A DNA stretch of 64,000 nucleotides, from IMG/VR virus record IMGVR_UViG_2788500073_000001, positions 1 to 64,000 of that record. One strand, written 5' to 3'. Each line of letters begins with the position of its first letter. Position 1 is the stretch's first letter. This stretch comes from a virus (Duplodnaviria; Caudoviricetes). A program made the position numbers and the translations under genes. The notes under the pieces were generated by a model, which made no database searches, was not told the DNA's origin, and saw nothing but the letters and a program-made list of their open reading frames with translations. Shown one piece after another: positions 9,217-18,552 of the stretch.

Positions 9217-10357
9217 CCATAGCCTCCTTGTTTTCCCGCTCCAGCCGGTCGGCTTGAAGCTGGATCAGCCGGGTGTTGGCCAGCTCCACCTCGTCCTGCA
9301 GATTGATGCAGTCCCAGTCGATGGAGAAGGGCCGGTCCATCCCCTTTAGCAACAGATGGCTGCGGCAGACCTTCTCCACCACCGGGGTCAAGAGGGAGCG
9401 GTAATACTCCAGTTCACTGGTGAGGATGTCCGCTTGCTGGGCGCTCATCCGCTCGGTGGTGGACCAGTTGAGGCCCAATAAAAAGGGCGGGATCCCCAGT
9501 TTTGCCACCATTTGTTCCAACATCTGGCGCACCGGCACCTGGGTGTCAATCATCTGGTTGTCCGCACCGATGACCTTGACATCCACGTCGCCCACTGCCA
9601 CAAAGTCCCGGATGGAGCCGCTTTTGCCCGAATTCATGGCGTTCTGCCACTCCTTGGCGATGGAGGCGGCGATTTCCTGGGAATAGGCCCGGTCCAGGCT
9701 CCCGGCGCCGGGCTTGTAGGTGACGGCGTAACGCAGGTTGGCAATCCGTTCAAAGTTGTTGCCGATGGAGCGGAAGATTTTTAACAGGATATCGCTGACA
9801 AAAGGCAGGCCCTTTAAAAGCGAATTCCCTCGTATTTCCCCGGGGTTGGGCCGCAGGGCGGAAAACAAGATCCACTGGGGTTCCCGCACCGGTACAAGAC
9901 CCTCCTCCCCGGGGACGTAAAAGCACAGCTCCATAGGGGATTGGCCCGGTTTGACCGTCACCTGGCGGCAGGGGGCGTTGTACAGCCCCAGGACCCCTTC
10001 CTCCCCGGGGAGGATTTCCCCTACCGCCGAGCCATAGGTCAATAAGCTGTCCAGGTAGGAGGCCAAAAAGGGGGCGATGCCGGTCTGCCCGCCGGAGACT
10101 GGCACCTGGGAGAGAAACCGGCAAAGCTCCTCCCGGACGGCCTCCTCCTCACAGAGTACGGTAAACCCGCCAGTCAGCCGGACAATTTTGTCGATGGCCG
10201 CGTCGATGATGGGGACCGCTTCCCGCAGGCAGGCATACAGTTCCCCATCGCAGCCGCACAGAGGGGTGTAGTCCTCCAAGGGGCTGAATGGATGGGGGGA
10301 GCCCCGCCCGGTCTGCACCGAAAGGGCAGGCCTGCGGAATAAATTCGAAAAGCCCAA
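9209..10357 (-). CDS. portal protein
   Basis: TTG start with AGGAGGAGG RBS; follows TerL; 'LGIPPFLLG' portal motif. Confidence 0.8.
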   Translation of the reverse strand: MGFSNLFRRPALSVQTGRGSPHPFSPLEDYTPLCGCDGELYACLREAVPIIDAAIDKIVRLTGGFTVLCEEEAVREELCRFLSQVPVSGGQTGIAPFLASYLDSLLTYGSAVGEILPGEEGVLGLYNAPCRQVTVKPGQSPMELCFYVPGEEGLVPVREPQWILFSALRPNPGEIRGNSLLKGLPFVSDILLKIFRSIGNNFERIANLRYAVTYKPGAGSLDRAYSQEIAASIAKEWQNAMNSGKSGSIRDFVAVGDVDVKVIGADNQMIDTQVPVRQMLEQMVAKLGIPPFLLGLNWSTTERMSAQQADILTSELEYYRSLLTPVVEKVCRSHLLLKGMDRPFSIDWDCINLQDEVELANTRLIQLQADRLERENKEAMDE

Positions 10358-10467
10358 ACAATCCTCCTCCTTTCTCATAATTGTTTTGCCCCCCAAGGGG
10401 GCGCGCTGTTGGTTGCCGTCCCCATCCGCCCCGCCGGCGGGCGAAAAAGGGATTTTTTGGGAACAGG

Positions 10468-11709
10468 TCATCCCCGCTCCACACTCACGGCGAAGAACCC
10501 GGATTCCCCCTCCTGCATCGCCGCCATGGCGAAGTAGCGGATGTCATCCATGGCGTGGTCAAACTCCTTCACCGGCTTGTCCTGCCTCGCCCCTTCGTCC
10601 CACCGGTAGAGGGAAAACTCCCGGATGGTGTCGGCGCATTGGGGGGAGAAAAGTATTCTCCCTGCGAGAAGGGCTTCGCTCACCAGCTGGATCCCCTCCT
10701 TCACCCGGTTGTCAGCGGGTAAAACCCGGAACCGGCCGTGACGGCGGATGCAGGCTAGAAAACTGGCTGCCGAGGGGTCCACTACTACCTGCTCGATGGC
10801 CCGGTCCCCAGCCAGTTCTTCCAGGGCAGCATAAAGCTCCTCGTCGGTGCGGGTCAGGCCGTCCCGGCGGCTGTCCAGATACTGTTCCGCCAGCCGGTGC
10901 CACACCCCATCCCGCTCTCCCCACAGCCCCATGGAGCAGGGGTTTACGGTGCCGTAGTCGCAGGAGATCAGGTACCTCCGGTACTCCCCGTCCGGCTCCC
11001 GCAGGTGGCGGACAGGGTCGAACATGGGGTAGACAAGTCCTTGGGGGGCGCACCATTCCCCCAGCACATACCGCCGGTAAAACCCTCCGGAGTAAAGGCC
11101 CTCATATCGCCGGCGCACCTGGTCGGAGAGCCCCGGATTGTCCTCCATGGTGAAGTGGAGGTAGAGGATGCCCTTCTCCTCGGCTTTCTGCACCCATTCC
11201 CGGTAGAACCAGTGGCCCGGGTGGTCGGGGTTGCAGCTAAACCAGAATTTGGCCCCCTCCACCGAGCAGCGGGCCAGGGCCTGCTCCACAAAGGAGCGGG
11301 GCATCAGCACCACCTCATCCAGCAGCACCCCCGCCAGGGTGGCGCCTTGGATCAGGGCGGCGGAGCCCTCGTCCTTGCCTCCGAAGAGAAGAAACCGGTT
11401 CTGCTGGTTCCCCTGGCGGATGGTCACCAGGTTTTGGGAGGGCTGTTCCCGCACCTCCATCCCCAGCTCCCGCAGATAGGGCAGCAGGGGGAAGAGGAGA
11501 TTTCGCCGCAGCCCCCGGATCGTCCGGGCACAGATGGCGAAGTCCTCCCCTGCAAAAGAGGCCATGGCCCACAGCACAAAGGAGAGGGTGAGGCAGAAGG
11601 TCTTGCCGGAGCGGATGGCCCCGTCGCAGAGGATGCCGCTGTATCCCTCCTCCAGCCACCAGGTCAGCACCCGCAGCTGTTTGGGGGAAAAGCGGTCAAT
11701 CCTTCCCAT
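10468..11709 (-). CDS. terL: terminase large subunit (PBSX family)
   Basis: Walker A 'GAIRSGKT', Walker B 'LLDE', 'CNP..P.HW', nuclease motifs 'DYG' and 'DHAMDDIRY'. Confidence 0.93.
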   Translation of the reverse strand: MGRIDRFSPKQLRVLTWWLEEGYSGILCDGAIRSGKTFCLTLSFVLWAMASFAGEDFAICARTIRGLRRNLLFPLLPYLRELGMEVREQPSQNLVTIRQGNQQNRFLLFGGKDEGSAALIQGATLAGVLLDEVVLMPRSFVEQALARCSVEGAKFWFSCNPDHPGHWFYREWVQKAEEKGILYLHFTMEDNPGLSDQVRRRYEGLYSGGFYRRYVLGEWCAPQGLVYPMFDPVRHLREPDGEYRRYLISCDYGTVNPCSMGLWGERDGVWHRLAEQYLDSRRDGLTRTDEELYAALEELAGDRAIEQVVVDPSAASFLACIRRHGRFRVLPADNRVKEGIQLVSEALLAGRILFSPQCADTIREFSLYRWDEGARQDKPVKEFDHAMDDIRYFAMAAMQEGESGFFAVSVERG

Positions 11710-12169
11710 GGGCCTCCAGGGCCTTGGCGCTCATGAGGAGAGCCTGGTAGATGGGACTCTCCCCGGCGGGGGTTTCCTCTTTGGCGATCTCCCACAGCAG
11801 TTCTAGGGCCCGCAGCCGGTCGGCAAACTTGACCTCCACCCCGTTTTTGCCGGATTTGATCTCCGACACGCCGAACAGGTCGGGGAGATCCGCCCCTTCT
11901 GCTGTCACACCGCCTTGGGCCGAGGAGAAGATAAGCCGTAGGAGGCCGTTTTTGACAATCTCTGGAAGCAGGTCTTTGTGGGGCGCCCGCCGGATCTCCT
12001 CCCCCACCGCTTGGCGGATCTCCTCCCGGCAGAGAAGCTCGCCGGCGATGGCTGCTGCCTTTTTGCCTGGATATCCCGCCTCCAGGGCAGCTTCCCGGGG
12101 CAGCAGCAGGCGGGCGTAAGCCCCGCAGAACAACCGCTCCTTAGCGGTCAAAGGTGTTTCCAAACGCAT
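11696..12169 (-). CDS. terS: terminase small subunit
   Basis: 'LTAKERLFC..Y......AA.EAGY' and 'DRLRALELL' motifs. Confidence 0.8.
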   Translation of the reverse strand: MRLETPLTAKERLFCGAYARLLLPREAALEAGYPGKKAAAIAGELLCREEIRQAVGEEIRRAPHKDLLPEIVKNGLLRLIFSSAQGGVTAEGADLPDLFGVSEIKSGKNGVEVKFADRLRALELLWEIAKEETPAGESPIYQALLMSAKALEAHGKD

Positions 12170-12225
12170 CCCTCACAATCCATTGGTCTTTCGAGAAGGG
12201 GGAAGGGCCCTTCATCTTTCCCGCC

Positions 12226-12262
12226 AAAAGAAAAAAGAAGTTGCAAAAAAACTGCAACTTCT
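12226..12262 (-). terminator. intrinsic terminator-like hairpin ~60 nt upstream of terS
   Basis: AGAAGTTGCA-N7-TGCAACTTCT followed on the minus strand by TTTTTCTTTT. Confidence 0.55.
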
Positions 12263-12528
12263 CAAAAACATTTGAAAAACTGGCGGATTGGGGGATAGGA
12301 CGCTTGCGTTGTCCGCCGGAGGGGGAAATCCCCTGGTGTCGCCCCTTGACGAACACGGAAAATTATAGTTAAATAGAATATGTAACAATTGTTGCATGCC
12401 GGATGTGGGGGAGTTCCCCGCCGGTATCAGTCTCCCTGCAAAGAGGGAAGCGGGATGCAAAGTTTTTGCCGCGGCAGTTGTTCTTATTTTTGACGGGCGA
12501 CCCCGCCGTAAGGATGATGATACCCCCT

Positions 12529-13029
12529 ATGCCAACTTTGAACATTGTTTTGGTTGAGCCCCAAATTCCCCAGAATACCGGCAACATCGCCCGCACCTGT
12601 GCGGCCACCGGGGCCCGCCTCCACCTGGTGGGGCCGCTGGGCTTTTCCATTGACGACAAAAAACTCAAGCGGGCGGGCCTGGATTACTGGCACCTGCTAG
12701 ACATCACCTATTACGACGGCCTCTCTGACTTTTTCAGCAGGAACCAAGGGGAATTTTTTTATTTTACCACCAAAGGCCGCCATGTCTATAGCGAAGTCTC
12801 CTACCCGGACAACGCTTATATCGTCTTTGGGCGGGAGGACGCCGGCCTCCCGGAGGAGCTGCTGGTCCAAAACGAACCCACCTGTGTCCGTCTGCCTATG
12901 ATCGGGGCGGCCCGCAGTTTGAACCTGTCCAATACCGTGGCAGTGGCCACCTATGAAGCGCTGCGCCAATGGGGATACCCTGCCCTGGAATCCAAGGGGA
13001 AACTGACCAAATACCAGTGGAAGGAATAA
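12529..13029 (+). CDS. trmL: tRNA (cytidine/uridine-34 2'-O)-methyltransferase
   Basis: 'LVEPQIPQNTGNIARTCA', 'RAGLDYW', 'RSLNLSN' SPOUT motifs. Confidence 0.95.
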   Translation: MPTLNIVLVEPQIPQNTGNIARTCAATGARLHLVGPLGFSIDDKKLKRAGLDYWHLLDITYYDGLSDFFSRNQGEFFYFTTKGRHVYSEVSYPDNAYIVFGREDAGLPEELLVQNEPTCVRLPMIGAARSLNLSNTVAVATYEALRQWGYPALESKGKLTKYQWKE

Positions 13030-13036
13030 TGAAACC

Positions 13037-13909
13037 ATGGAAAAGATACTTTTGATGAGCGATTCCGCATGCGACATCCCCCGGGATTTGGAAGAGGAAC
13101 TGGGCATCCGCATCATCAACCTGCCCATCACTTATGAAGGGAAAACCCTGGAAGACCGGGTGGATTTTACCTCGGAGGAGTTTTACCAGATGCTGAATAC
13201 CTGCCAGGAGCTCCCCACCACCGCGGGGGTTACCCCTATCCGCTTTCTGGAGGAATTCTGGAAGGCCAGCCAAGAGGGGTACACCCATATTCTGTATGTT
13301 TCCATCAACGGCAAGGGATCCAATACCTTAAGCAACTGCCATCTGGCCATCGAGGGACTGTTTCAAAGCCGTCCAGAACTGGCGGACAAGCTGACCATTG
13401 AGGCCATTGACGGCAAAGCCTACTCGTTGGGGTATGGCTACCCGCTGATCAACGCCGCCAAGATGCTCAAGGAGGGGGCAACCTTCCAGCAGCTGAAAGA
13501 CTATTTGGTCAAAGCCATCGACGAAAACCAGATTTTCACGACTTTCTTCACCTTGAAATTTGCCAAGCGTTCTGGCCGCCTTGGTTCCACTGCCGCCTTT
13601 GTAGGGGACCTTTTGGGGCTGCGGCCCATCGTTTCCTTCCCTGATGGGGAGAATGTGGTGCTGGAGAAGGTTCGCGGTGACAAAGGGGTGATCCACCGCA
13701 TCGCTGAAATTTACCGGGATAAAGGCGAAGGCCGGGATTTTGTCATGCTCTACGGGGAGGATAAAAAGCCCGCTGACGAGCTTTGCGCCCTTATCGAGGA
13801 GATGACTGGCAAAAAGCCGGCCTATATCCTGCGCACCGGTGCCTGCATCGCCATCAACTCCGGGCCCAACATGGTGGGCATTGCTTTCCCCATCCCCGGC
13901 ACCAAATAA
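13037..13909 (+). CDS. DegV family fatty-acid-binding protein
   Basis: 'DSACDIP', 'SGRL', 'GPNMVGI' DegV motifs; 290 aa. Confidence 0.9.
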   Translation: MEKILLMSDSACDIPRDLEEELGIRIINLPITYEGKTLEDRVDFTSEEFYQMLNTCQELPTTAGVTPIRFLEEFWKASQEGYTHILYVSINGKGSNTLSNCHLAIEGLFQSRPELADKLTIEAIDGKAYSLGYGYPLINAAKMLKEGATFQQLKDYLVKAIDENQIFTTFFTLKFAKRSGRLGSTAAFVGDLLGLRPIVSFPDGENVVLEKVRGDKGVIHRIAEIYRDKGEGRDFVMLYGEDKKPADELCALIEEMTGKKPAYILRTGACIAINSGPNMVGIAFPIPGTK

Positions 13910-13921
13910 ATAAGAGATGAC

Positions 13922-13954
13922 AAAAGGGAGGGTTTACCCCTCCCTTTTCCTTTT
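13922..13954 (+). terminator. intrinsic terminator after degV
   Basis: AAAAGGGAGGG-TTTAC-CCCTCCCTTTT hairpin plus T run. Confidence 0.75.
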
Positions 13955-14160
13955 GCTGTATATCCTATTTGGGAATTTCCCCCAATTGTTGCTGACAGCG
14001 CAGATGGGCCCCTATTCCAACGCCGCACTTGAAAATGCCGGTGGAATAGGGTACAATGAATCGCAGAAGTGATCGCACTCAGCAACGTCCATCAAAGCCG
14101 GAAATAGTGCCAGCTCCCATCCGGCATCCCATAAGAATACACTGTGAAAGGTTGTGCAGC

Positions 14161-15354
14161 ATGAACGCACGGAACAAAAAAAATGTGGAGGACCTTTCCC
14201 TGAACGGCAAACGGGTTTTGGTCCGCTGCGATTTTAACGTCCCCGTCAAAGATGGGGCCATCACCAACGACAAACGCATCCAGGAATCCCTCAAAACCAT
14301 CCGGTACTTGGTTGATCAAGGGGCGCGGGTCATCCTCTGCTCCCACCTGGGCCGGCCGAAAAACGGCTATGCCGAGGAATTCTCCATGAAGCCGGTGGCC
14401 GCCCGCCTGTCGGAACTGTTGGGCCAGCCGGTGAAGATGGCAAAGGATGTTGTGGGGGAGGACGCCAAAGCCCTGGCCGCTTCCCTTCAGGACGGGGAGG
14501 TCATGCTCCTGGAAAACGTCCGTTTCCATAAGGAGGAGACCAAAAACGACCCAGAATTCTCCAAGCAGCTGGCCTCTCTGGCAGAGCTGTATGTCAACGA
14601 CGCTTTCGGCACTGCACACCGGGCCCACTCCTCCACCGCCGGGGTGGCGGACTACCTGCCCTCCGCCTGCGGCTACCTGATCCAGAAGGAGCTGGAGGTC
14701 ATGGGCAAGGCGCTGGATGACCCCAAACGGCCTTTTGTAGCCATCTTGGGCGGCGCCAAAGTCTCGGATAAAATCGGTGTGATCAACAACCTATTGGATA
14801 AAGTGGACACCCTCATCATAGGGGGCGGCATGGCCTACACCTTCCTCAAAGCCAAGGGCTGTGAGATCGGTGACTCCATCTGCGAAGAAGATAAACTGGA
14901 CCTGGCCAAAGAACTGATGGCCAAAGCCGAAAAGAACGGCGTGGCCCTTCTCCTGCCGGTGGACAATGTGGTGGCTGACGCTTTCTCGGCGGACGCGGCT
15001 ACCAAAGTGGTCGGCTCAGAAGCAATCCCCACCGGCTGGCAGGGGCTGGATATCGGCCCCAAGACCCGGGAACTGTTTGCCAAGGCCATTGCCGGAGCGG
15101 GCACTGTGGTTTGGAACGGCCCCATGGGCGTGTTTGAGCTGAAGCCCTTTGCCGAGGGCACTTGTGCCGTGGCCAAAGCGGTGGCGGACAGCGGCTCGGT
15201 CTCCATTATCGGCGGCGGCGATTCGGCAGCGGCGGTGGAACAGCTGGGCTTTGCCGATAAAATGACCCACATTTCCACTGGCGGCGGCGCCTCCCTGGAA
15301 TTCCTGGAAGGGCTGGAACTGCCCGGCATCGCCTGCCTTTCCGACCGGGACTAA
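14161..15354 (+). CDS. pgk: phosphoglycerate kinase
   Basis: '[11 protein letters not shown]', '[11 protein letters not shown]', '[11 protein letters not shown]'. Confidence 0.98.
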   Translation: MNARNKKNVEDLSLNGKRVLVRCDFNVPVKDGAITNDKRIQESLKTIRYLVDQGARVILCSHLGRPKNGYAEEFSMKPVAARLSELLGQPVKMAKDVVGEDAKALAASLQDGEVMLLENVRFHKEETKNDPEFSKQLASLAELYVNDAFGTAHRAHSSTAGVADYLPSACGYLIQKELEVMGKALDDPKRPFVAILGGAKVSDKIGVINNLLDKVDTLIIGGGMAYTFLKAKGCEIGDSICEEDKLDLAKELMAKAEKNGVALLLPVDNVVADAFSADAATKVVGSEAIPTGWQGLDIGPKTRELFAKAIAGAGTVVWNGPMGVFELKPFAEGTCAVAKAVADSGSVSIIGGGDSAAAVEQLGFADKMTHISTGGGASLEFLEGLELPGIACLSDRD

Positions 15355-15386
15355 ACCGCATAATTCCATGTATGGGAGGAAAACCT

Positions 15387-16154
15387 ATGAACCCGAACAA
15401 GCGCAGCGCGGTCATCGCGGGCAACTGGAAGATGAACCTGACCCGCCCCCAGGCCAAAGCGCTGATTGAGGAGATAAAACCCCTGGTGGCAGGAGCCGCC
15501 TGCGGGGTGGTCCTCTGCGTTCCTTATACCGACCTGGAGACCGCCCTCTCGGCGGCTGCCGGCAGCAACATCAAAATCGGCGCCCAGAACTGCCATTGGG
15601 AGGAGTCCGGCGCCTTCACCGGGGAGATTTCCCCCGCCATGCTCACCGAGCTGGGGGCGGAATATGTCATCCTCGGCCACTCGGAGCGCCGCCAATACTT
15701 TGGCGACACCGACGAAACAGTCAACAAGCGGCTGCTGGCCGCCTTGGAAGCCGGCCTCAAGGTCATCCTCTGCGTGGGGGAGACCCTCTCCCAACGGGAG
15801 GAGGGCAAAACCCGGGAGGTTCTCTCCCGCCAGGCCACAGCGGCCTTAGCGGGGGTAACAGCCTCACAGCTCTCCAACATCATTGTCGCCTATGAGCCCA
15901 TCTGGGCCATCGGCACCGGAAAAACCGCCACCGCTGCCCAAGCGGGTGAGGGGAACGCTGTGGTCCGCGCCACCGTCGCCGCCCTCTATGGCGGGGAGGC
16001 CGCCGAAGCTCTCACCATCCAGTACGGCGGCTCGATGAAAGCCTCCAACGCGGCCGAGCTTCTTGCCCAGCCGGATGTGGACGGCGGCCTCATCGGCGGC
16101 GCATCGCTGAAAGCGGCAGATTTCGCCGCCATTGTCCAAGCGGCATCCAGATAA
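15387..16154 (+). CDS. tpiA: triosephosphate isomerase
   Basis: 'AGNWKMN', 'GHSERR', '[11 protein letters not shown]', 'LIGGASL'. Confidence 0.98.
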   Translation: MNPNKRSAVIAGNWKMNLTRPQAKALIEEIKPLVAGAACGVVLCVPYTDLETALSAAAGSNIKIGAQNCHWEESGAFTGEISPAMLTELGAEYVILGHSERRQYFGDTDETVNKRLLAALEAGLKVILCVGETLSQREEGKTREVLSRQATAALAGVTASQLSNIIVAYEPIWAIGTGKTATAAQAGEGNAVVRATVAALYGGEAAEALTIQYGGSMKASNAAELLAQPDVDGGLIGGASLKAADFAAIVQAASR

Positions 16155-16170
16155 GATGGGGGAGAATTCA

Positions 16171-17685
16171 ATGAAAAAACCACTGGCCCTTGTCATACTG
16201 GATGGGTATGGCCTGGCCGATCAAACCGAAGGAAATGCGATCCGGGCGGCAAAGACCCCCAATCTGGACCGCATTTTTGCTGAAAACCCCCACACCCAGT
16301 TGCAGGCTTCCGGCCTGGCTGTGGGCCTGCCGGAGGGGCAGATGGGCAACTCCGAGGTGGGGCACACCAACATGGGCGCGGGCCGGGTCGTCTACCAAGA
16401 GCTGACCCGTATCACAAAATCCATAAAGGACGGGGATTTTTACCAGAATCCCGTCCTCCTCGCGGGAGTCCGGGCCTGTAAGGAGGGGGATAAAGCCCTC
16501 CACCTGCTGGGCCTCCTCTCGGACGGCGGGGTTCACAGCCACCTTTCCCACCTGTTGGGCCTCATCGAGCTGGCCAAGCGGGAGGGGCTTGAGAAGGTCT
16601 ATGTCCACGCCTTTTTGGACGGGCGGGATGTGCCGCCTCACACTGCCGGCATCTACCTGAAAAAGCTGGTGGAGGGGATGGAAGCCATCGGGGTAGGGAA
16701 GCTGGCCACCTTCATGGGCCGCTATTACGCCATGGACCGGGACAACCGCTGGGAGCGGGTGGAGCGGGCCTATGCCGCCATGGTCTATGGGGAAGGCAGC
16801 TACAACCCCGATTATGAGGATGCTCTGGAAAAATCCTATAAAAAAGAGATTACCGATGAATTTGTGGAGCCCACCGTCTGCGACCAGCAGGGGATGATCC
16901 GGGAAGGGGACACGGTGGTATTTTTCAACTTCCGCCCCGACCGCGCCCGGGAGATCACCCGCGCTTTGGTGGACCCGGAATTTACTGGTTTTAACCGGAG
17001 ATTGGGGTATTTCCCTCTCCATTACATCTGCATGACCCAGTACGACGCCACCATGCCGGGGGTTCAAATTGCCTTTCCGCCGCAAAAGCTGGAAAACACC
17101 TTGGGGGAATACCTCTCCGCCCACGGCAAACGGCAGCTGCGCATCGCCGAGACCGAGAAGTATGCCCACGTCACCTTTTTCTTCAACGGTGGGGTGGAGG
17201 CGGTCTATCCTGGTGAGGACCGGGTACTGATCCCCTCTCCCAAGGTAGCCACCTACGATTTGCAGCCGGAGATGAGCGCCTTTGCCGTCACGGAAGAGGC
17301 CCTGCGCCGCATCGACAGCGGGGAGTATGACGTCATCATCCTCAACTATGCCAACTGCGATATGGTGGGTCACACCGGTGTGTATGAAGCCGCAGTCAAA
17401 GCGGTGGAAGCGGTGGATGCCTGTGTCGGCCAGCTGGTGGACCACCTTTTGAAGGCTGGAGGAGCTGCCCTTATCACAGCGGACCACGGAAACGCAGACC
17501 AGATGATGGCTGAAGATGGCAGCCCGTTTACCGCTCACACCACCAACCCGGTGCCCTTTGTCGCGGCGGGGATTTCCCGCGGCCTGCGGGAGGGTGGAAT
17601 CCTGGCGGACATCGCCCCCACCATGTTGGAGCTGCTGGAACTCCCCCAGCCCACCGAGATGACCGGTCGGTCTCTGCTGCAATAA
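16171..17685 (+). CDS. gpmI: 2,3-bisphosphoglycerate-independent phosphoglycerate mutase
   Basis: '[10 protein letters not shown]', '[10 protein letters not shown]', 'DMVGHTG', 'TADHGN'. Confidence 0.98.
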   Translation: MKKPLALVILDGYGLADQTEGNAIRAAKTPNLDRIFAENPHTQLQASGLAVGLPEGQMGNSEVGHTNMGAGRVVYQELTRITKSIKDGDFYQNPVLLAGVRACKEGDKALHLLGLLSDGGVHSHLSHLLGLIELAKREGLEKVYVHAFLDGRDVPPHTAGIYLKKLVEGMEAIGVGKLATFMGRYYAMDRDNRWERVERAYAAMVYGEGSYNPDYEDALEKSYKKEITDEFVEPTVCDQQGMIREGDTVVFFNFRPDRAREITRALVDPEFTGFNRRLGYFPLHYICMTQYDATMPGVQIAFPPQKLENTLGEYLSAHGKRQLRIAETEKYAHVTFFFNGGVEAVYPGEDRVLIPSPKVATYDLQPEMSAFAVTEEALRRIDSGEYDVIILNYANCDMVGHTGVYEAAVKAVEAVDACVGQLVDHLLKAGGAALITADHGNADQMMAEDGSPFTAHTTNPVPFVAAGISRGLREGGILADIAPTMLELLELPQPTEMTGRSLLQ

Positions 17686-17827
17686 GGAAAATCTCTCCAT
17701 TTGTTCACAAATTAGCGGTCAATCTTTCACAAAGGTGTATTGTACTTTCAAAAAAAGGGTATTATACTAAAAACAGTATTCATCATCTGCCGTGGCCGTC
17801 CGCCCGGCATAGACGGGAGGAAATACC

Positions 17828-18094
17828 ATGAAAAAAGGTTATCTCATATCCATTATTGCGCTTTTGGTCGCCCTGGTGGGCGTTGTAGTGGCCCTTGCCG
17901 CCTACTTTAAACGGAAAAACGATGCCCTTTGTGACGAGTACGGCGACGACCTGCTGGGCGCAGAGCCTGATGACCTGGACTACTATTCCACCCAGGTGGA
18001 GCCCAGCTGTGAAGAAGAGGAAGCCCAAGCGGAAGTGCCCGCTGAGGAGCCTGCTTCTGGGGATGAGGAGCCGGTAGCCAACATAGAAGAATAG
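17828..18094 (+). CDS. small membrane-anchored acidic protein
   Basis: GGAGG RBS; N-terminal TM segment; acidic tail; upstream TTGTAC-17-TATACT. Confidence 0.7.
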   Translation: MKKGYLISIIALLVALVGVVVALAAYFKRKNDALCDEYGDDLLGAEPDDLDYYSTQVEPSCEEEEAQAEVPAEEPASGDEEPVANIEE

Positions 18095-18131
18095 TCTCAA
18101 GAAAAAGTTCGATAGCATCTGAAAAAACTTC

Positions 18132-18160
18132 TTGACAATCTCTGCTCGCTGTGGTATTCT
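18132..18160 (+). promoter_or_regulatory. sigmaA promoter of the tRNA locus
   Basis: TTGACA-17-TATTCT with extended -10 TG. Confidence 0.8.
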
Positions 18161-18195
18161 ATATAGGCACCCAAAGAGAGTGCTTAATACAATAT

Positions 18196-18252
18196 CGCGG
18201 AGTGGAGCAGTTCGGTAGCTCGTCGGGCTCATAACGAACCCACTTTCGCAAC
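18196..18252 (+). pseudogene. truncated tRNA-fMet (5' half intact through the CAT anticodon)
   Basis: 18196-18235 matches the first 40 nt of the downstream tRNA-fMet except one base; T arm missing; 'TCGCAAC' is a possible remnant of the 3' end. Confidence 0.75.
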
Positions 18253-18289
18253 AAAATTCGAGAGCGCACAACTAAATAATTCGGTATTC

Positions 18290-18366
<77 letters not shown>

Positions 18367-18552
18367 ATACCGCTCTACAAGCGGCTTTGTGCCACTTATA
18401 GAGCACCAGGATCTGGGGAGTGAATTTTTCGTTTCGAGACGAATGGGTTCACTCCTCAGATTTTGTTTGTCCATAAAAAAATGATCTCGTTGCGCTGCCG
18501 GCCCCAGATTACCACGGGATATTACCTTTGACCGTTCGCGCAACATCTTCAC

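Larger units (their letters stand above)
1..12169 (-). mobile_element. phage-derived virion structural operon (GTA-like or domesticated prophage)
   Basis: 19 co-oriented, mostly overlapping packaging, head and myo-tail genes; none of the upstream phage modules are present. Confidence 0.7.

Noticed and set aside
12361-12410. Sporulation sigma (E/K/G) promoter for the virion operon from 'CATATTCT'
   Set aside because: A -10-like element is present but no -35 at the right spacing, so it is not supportable.
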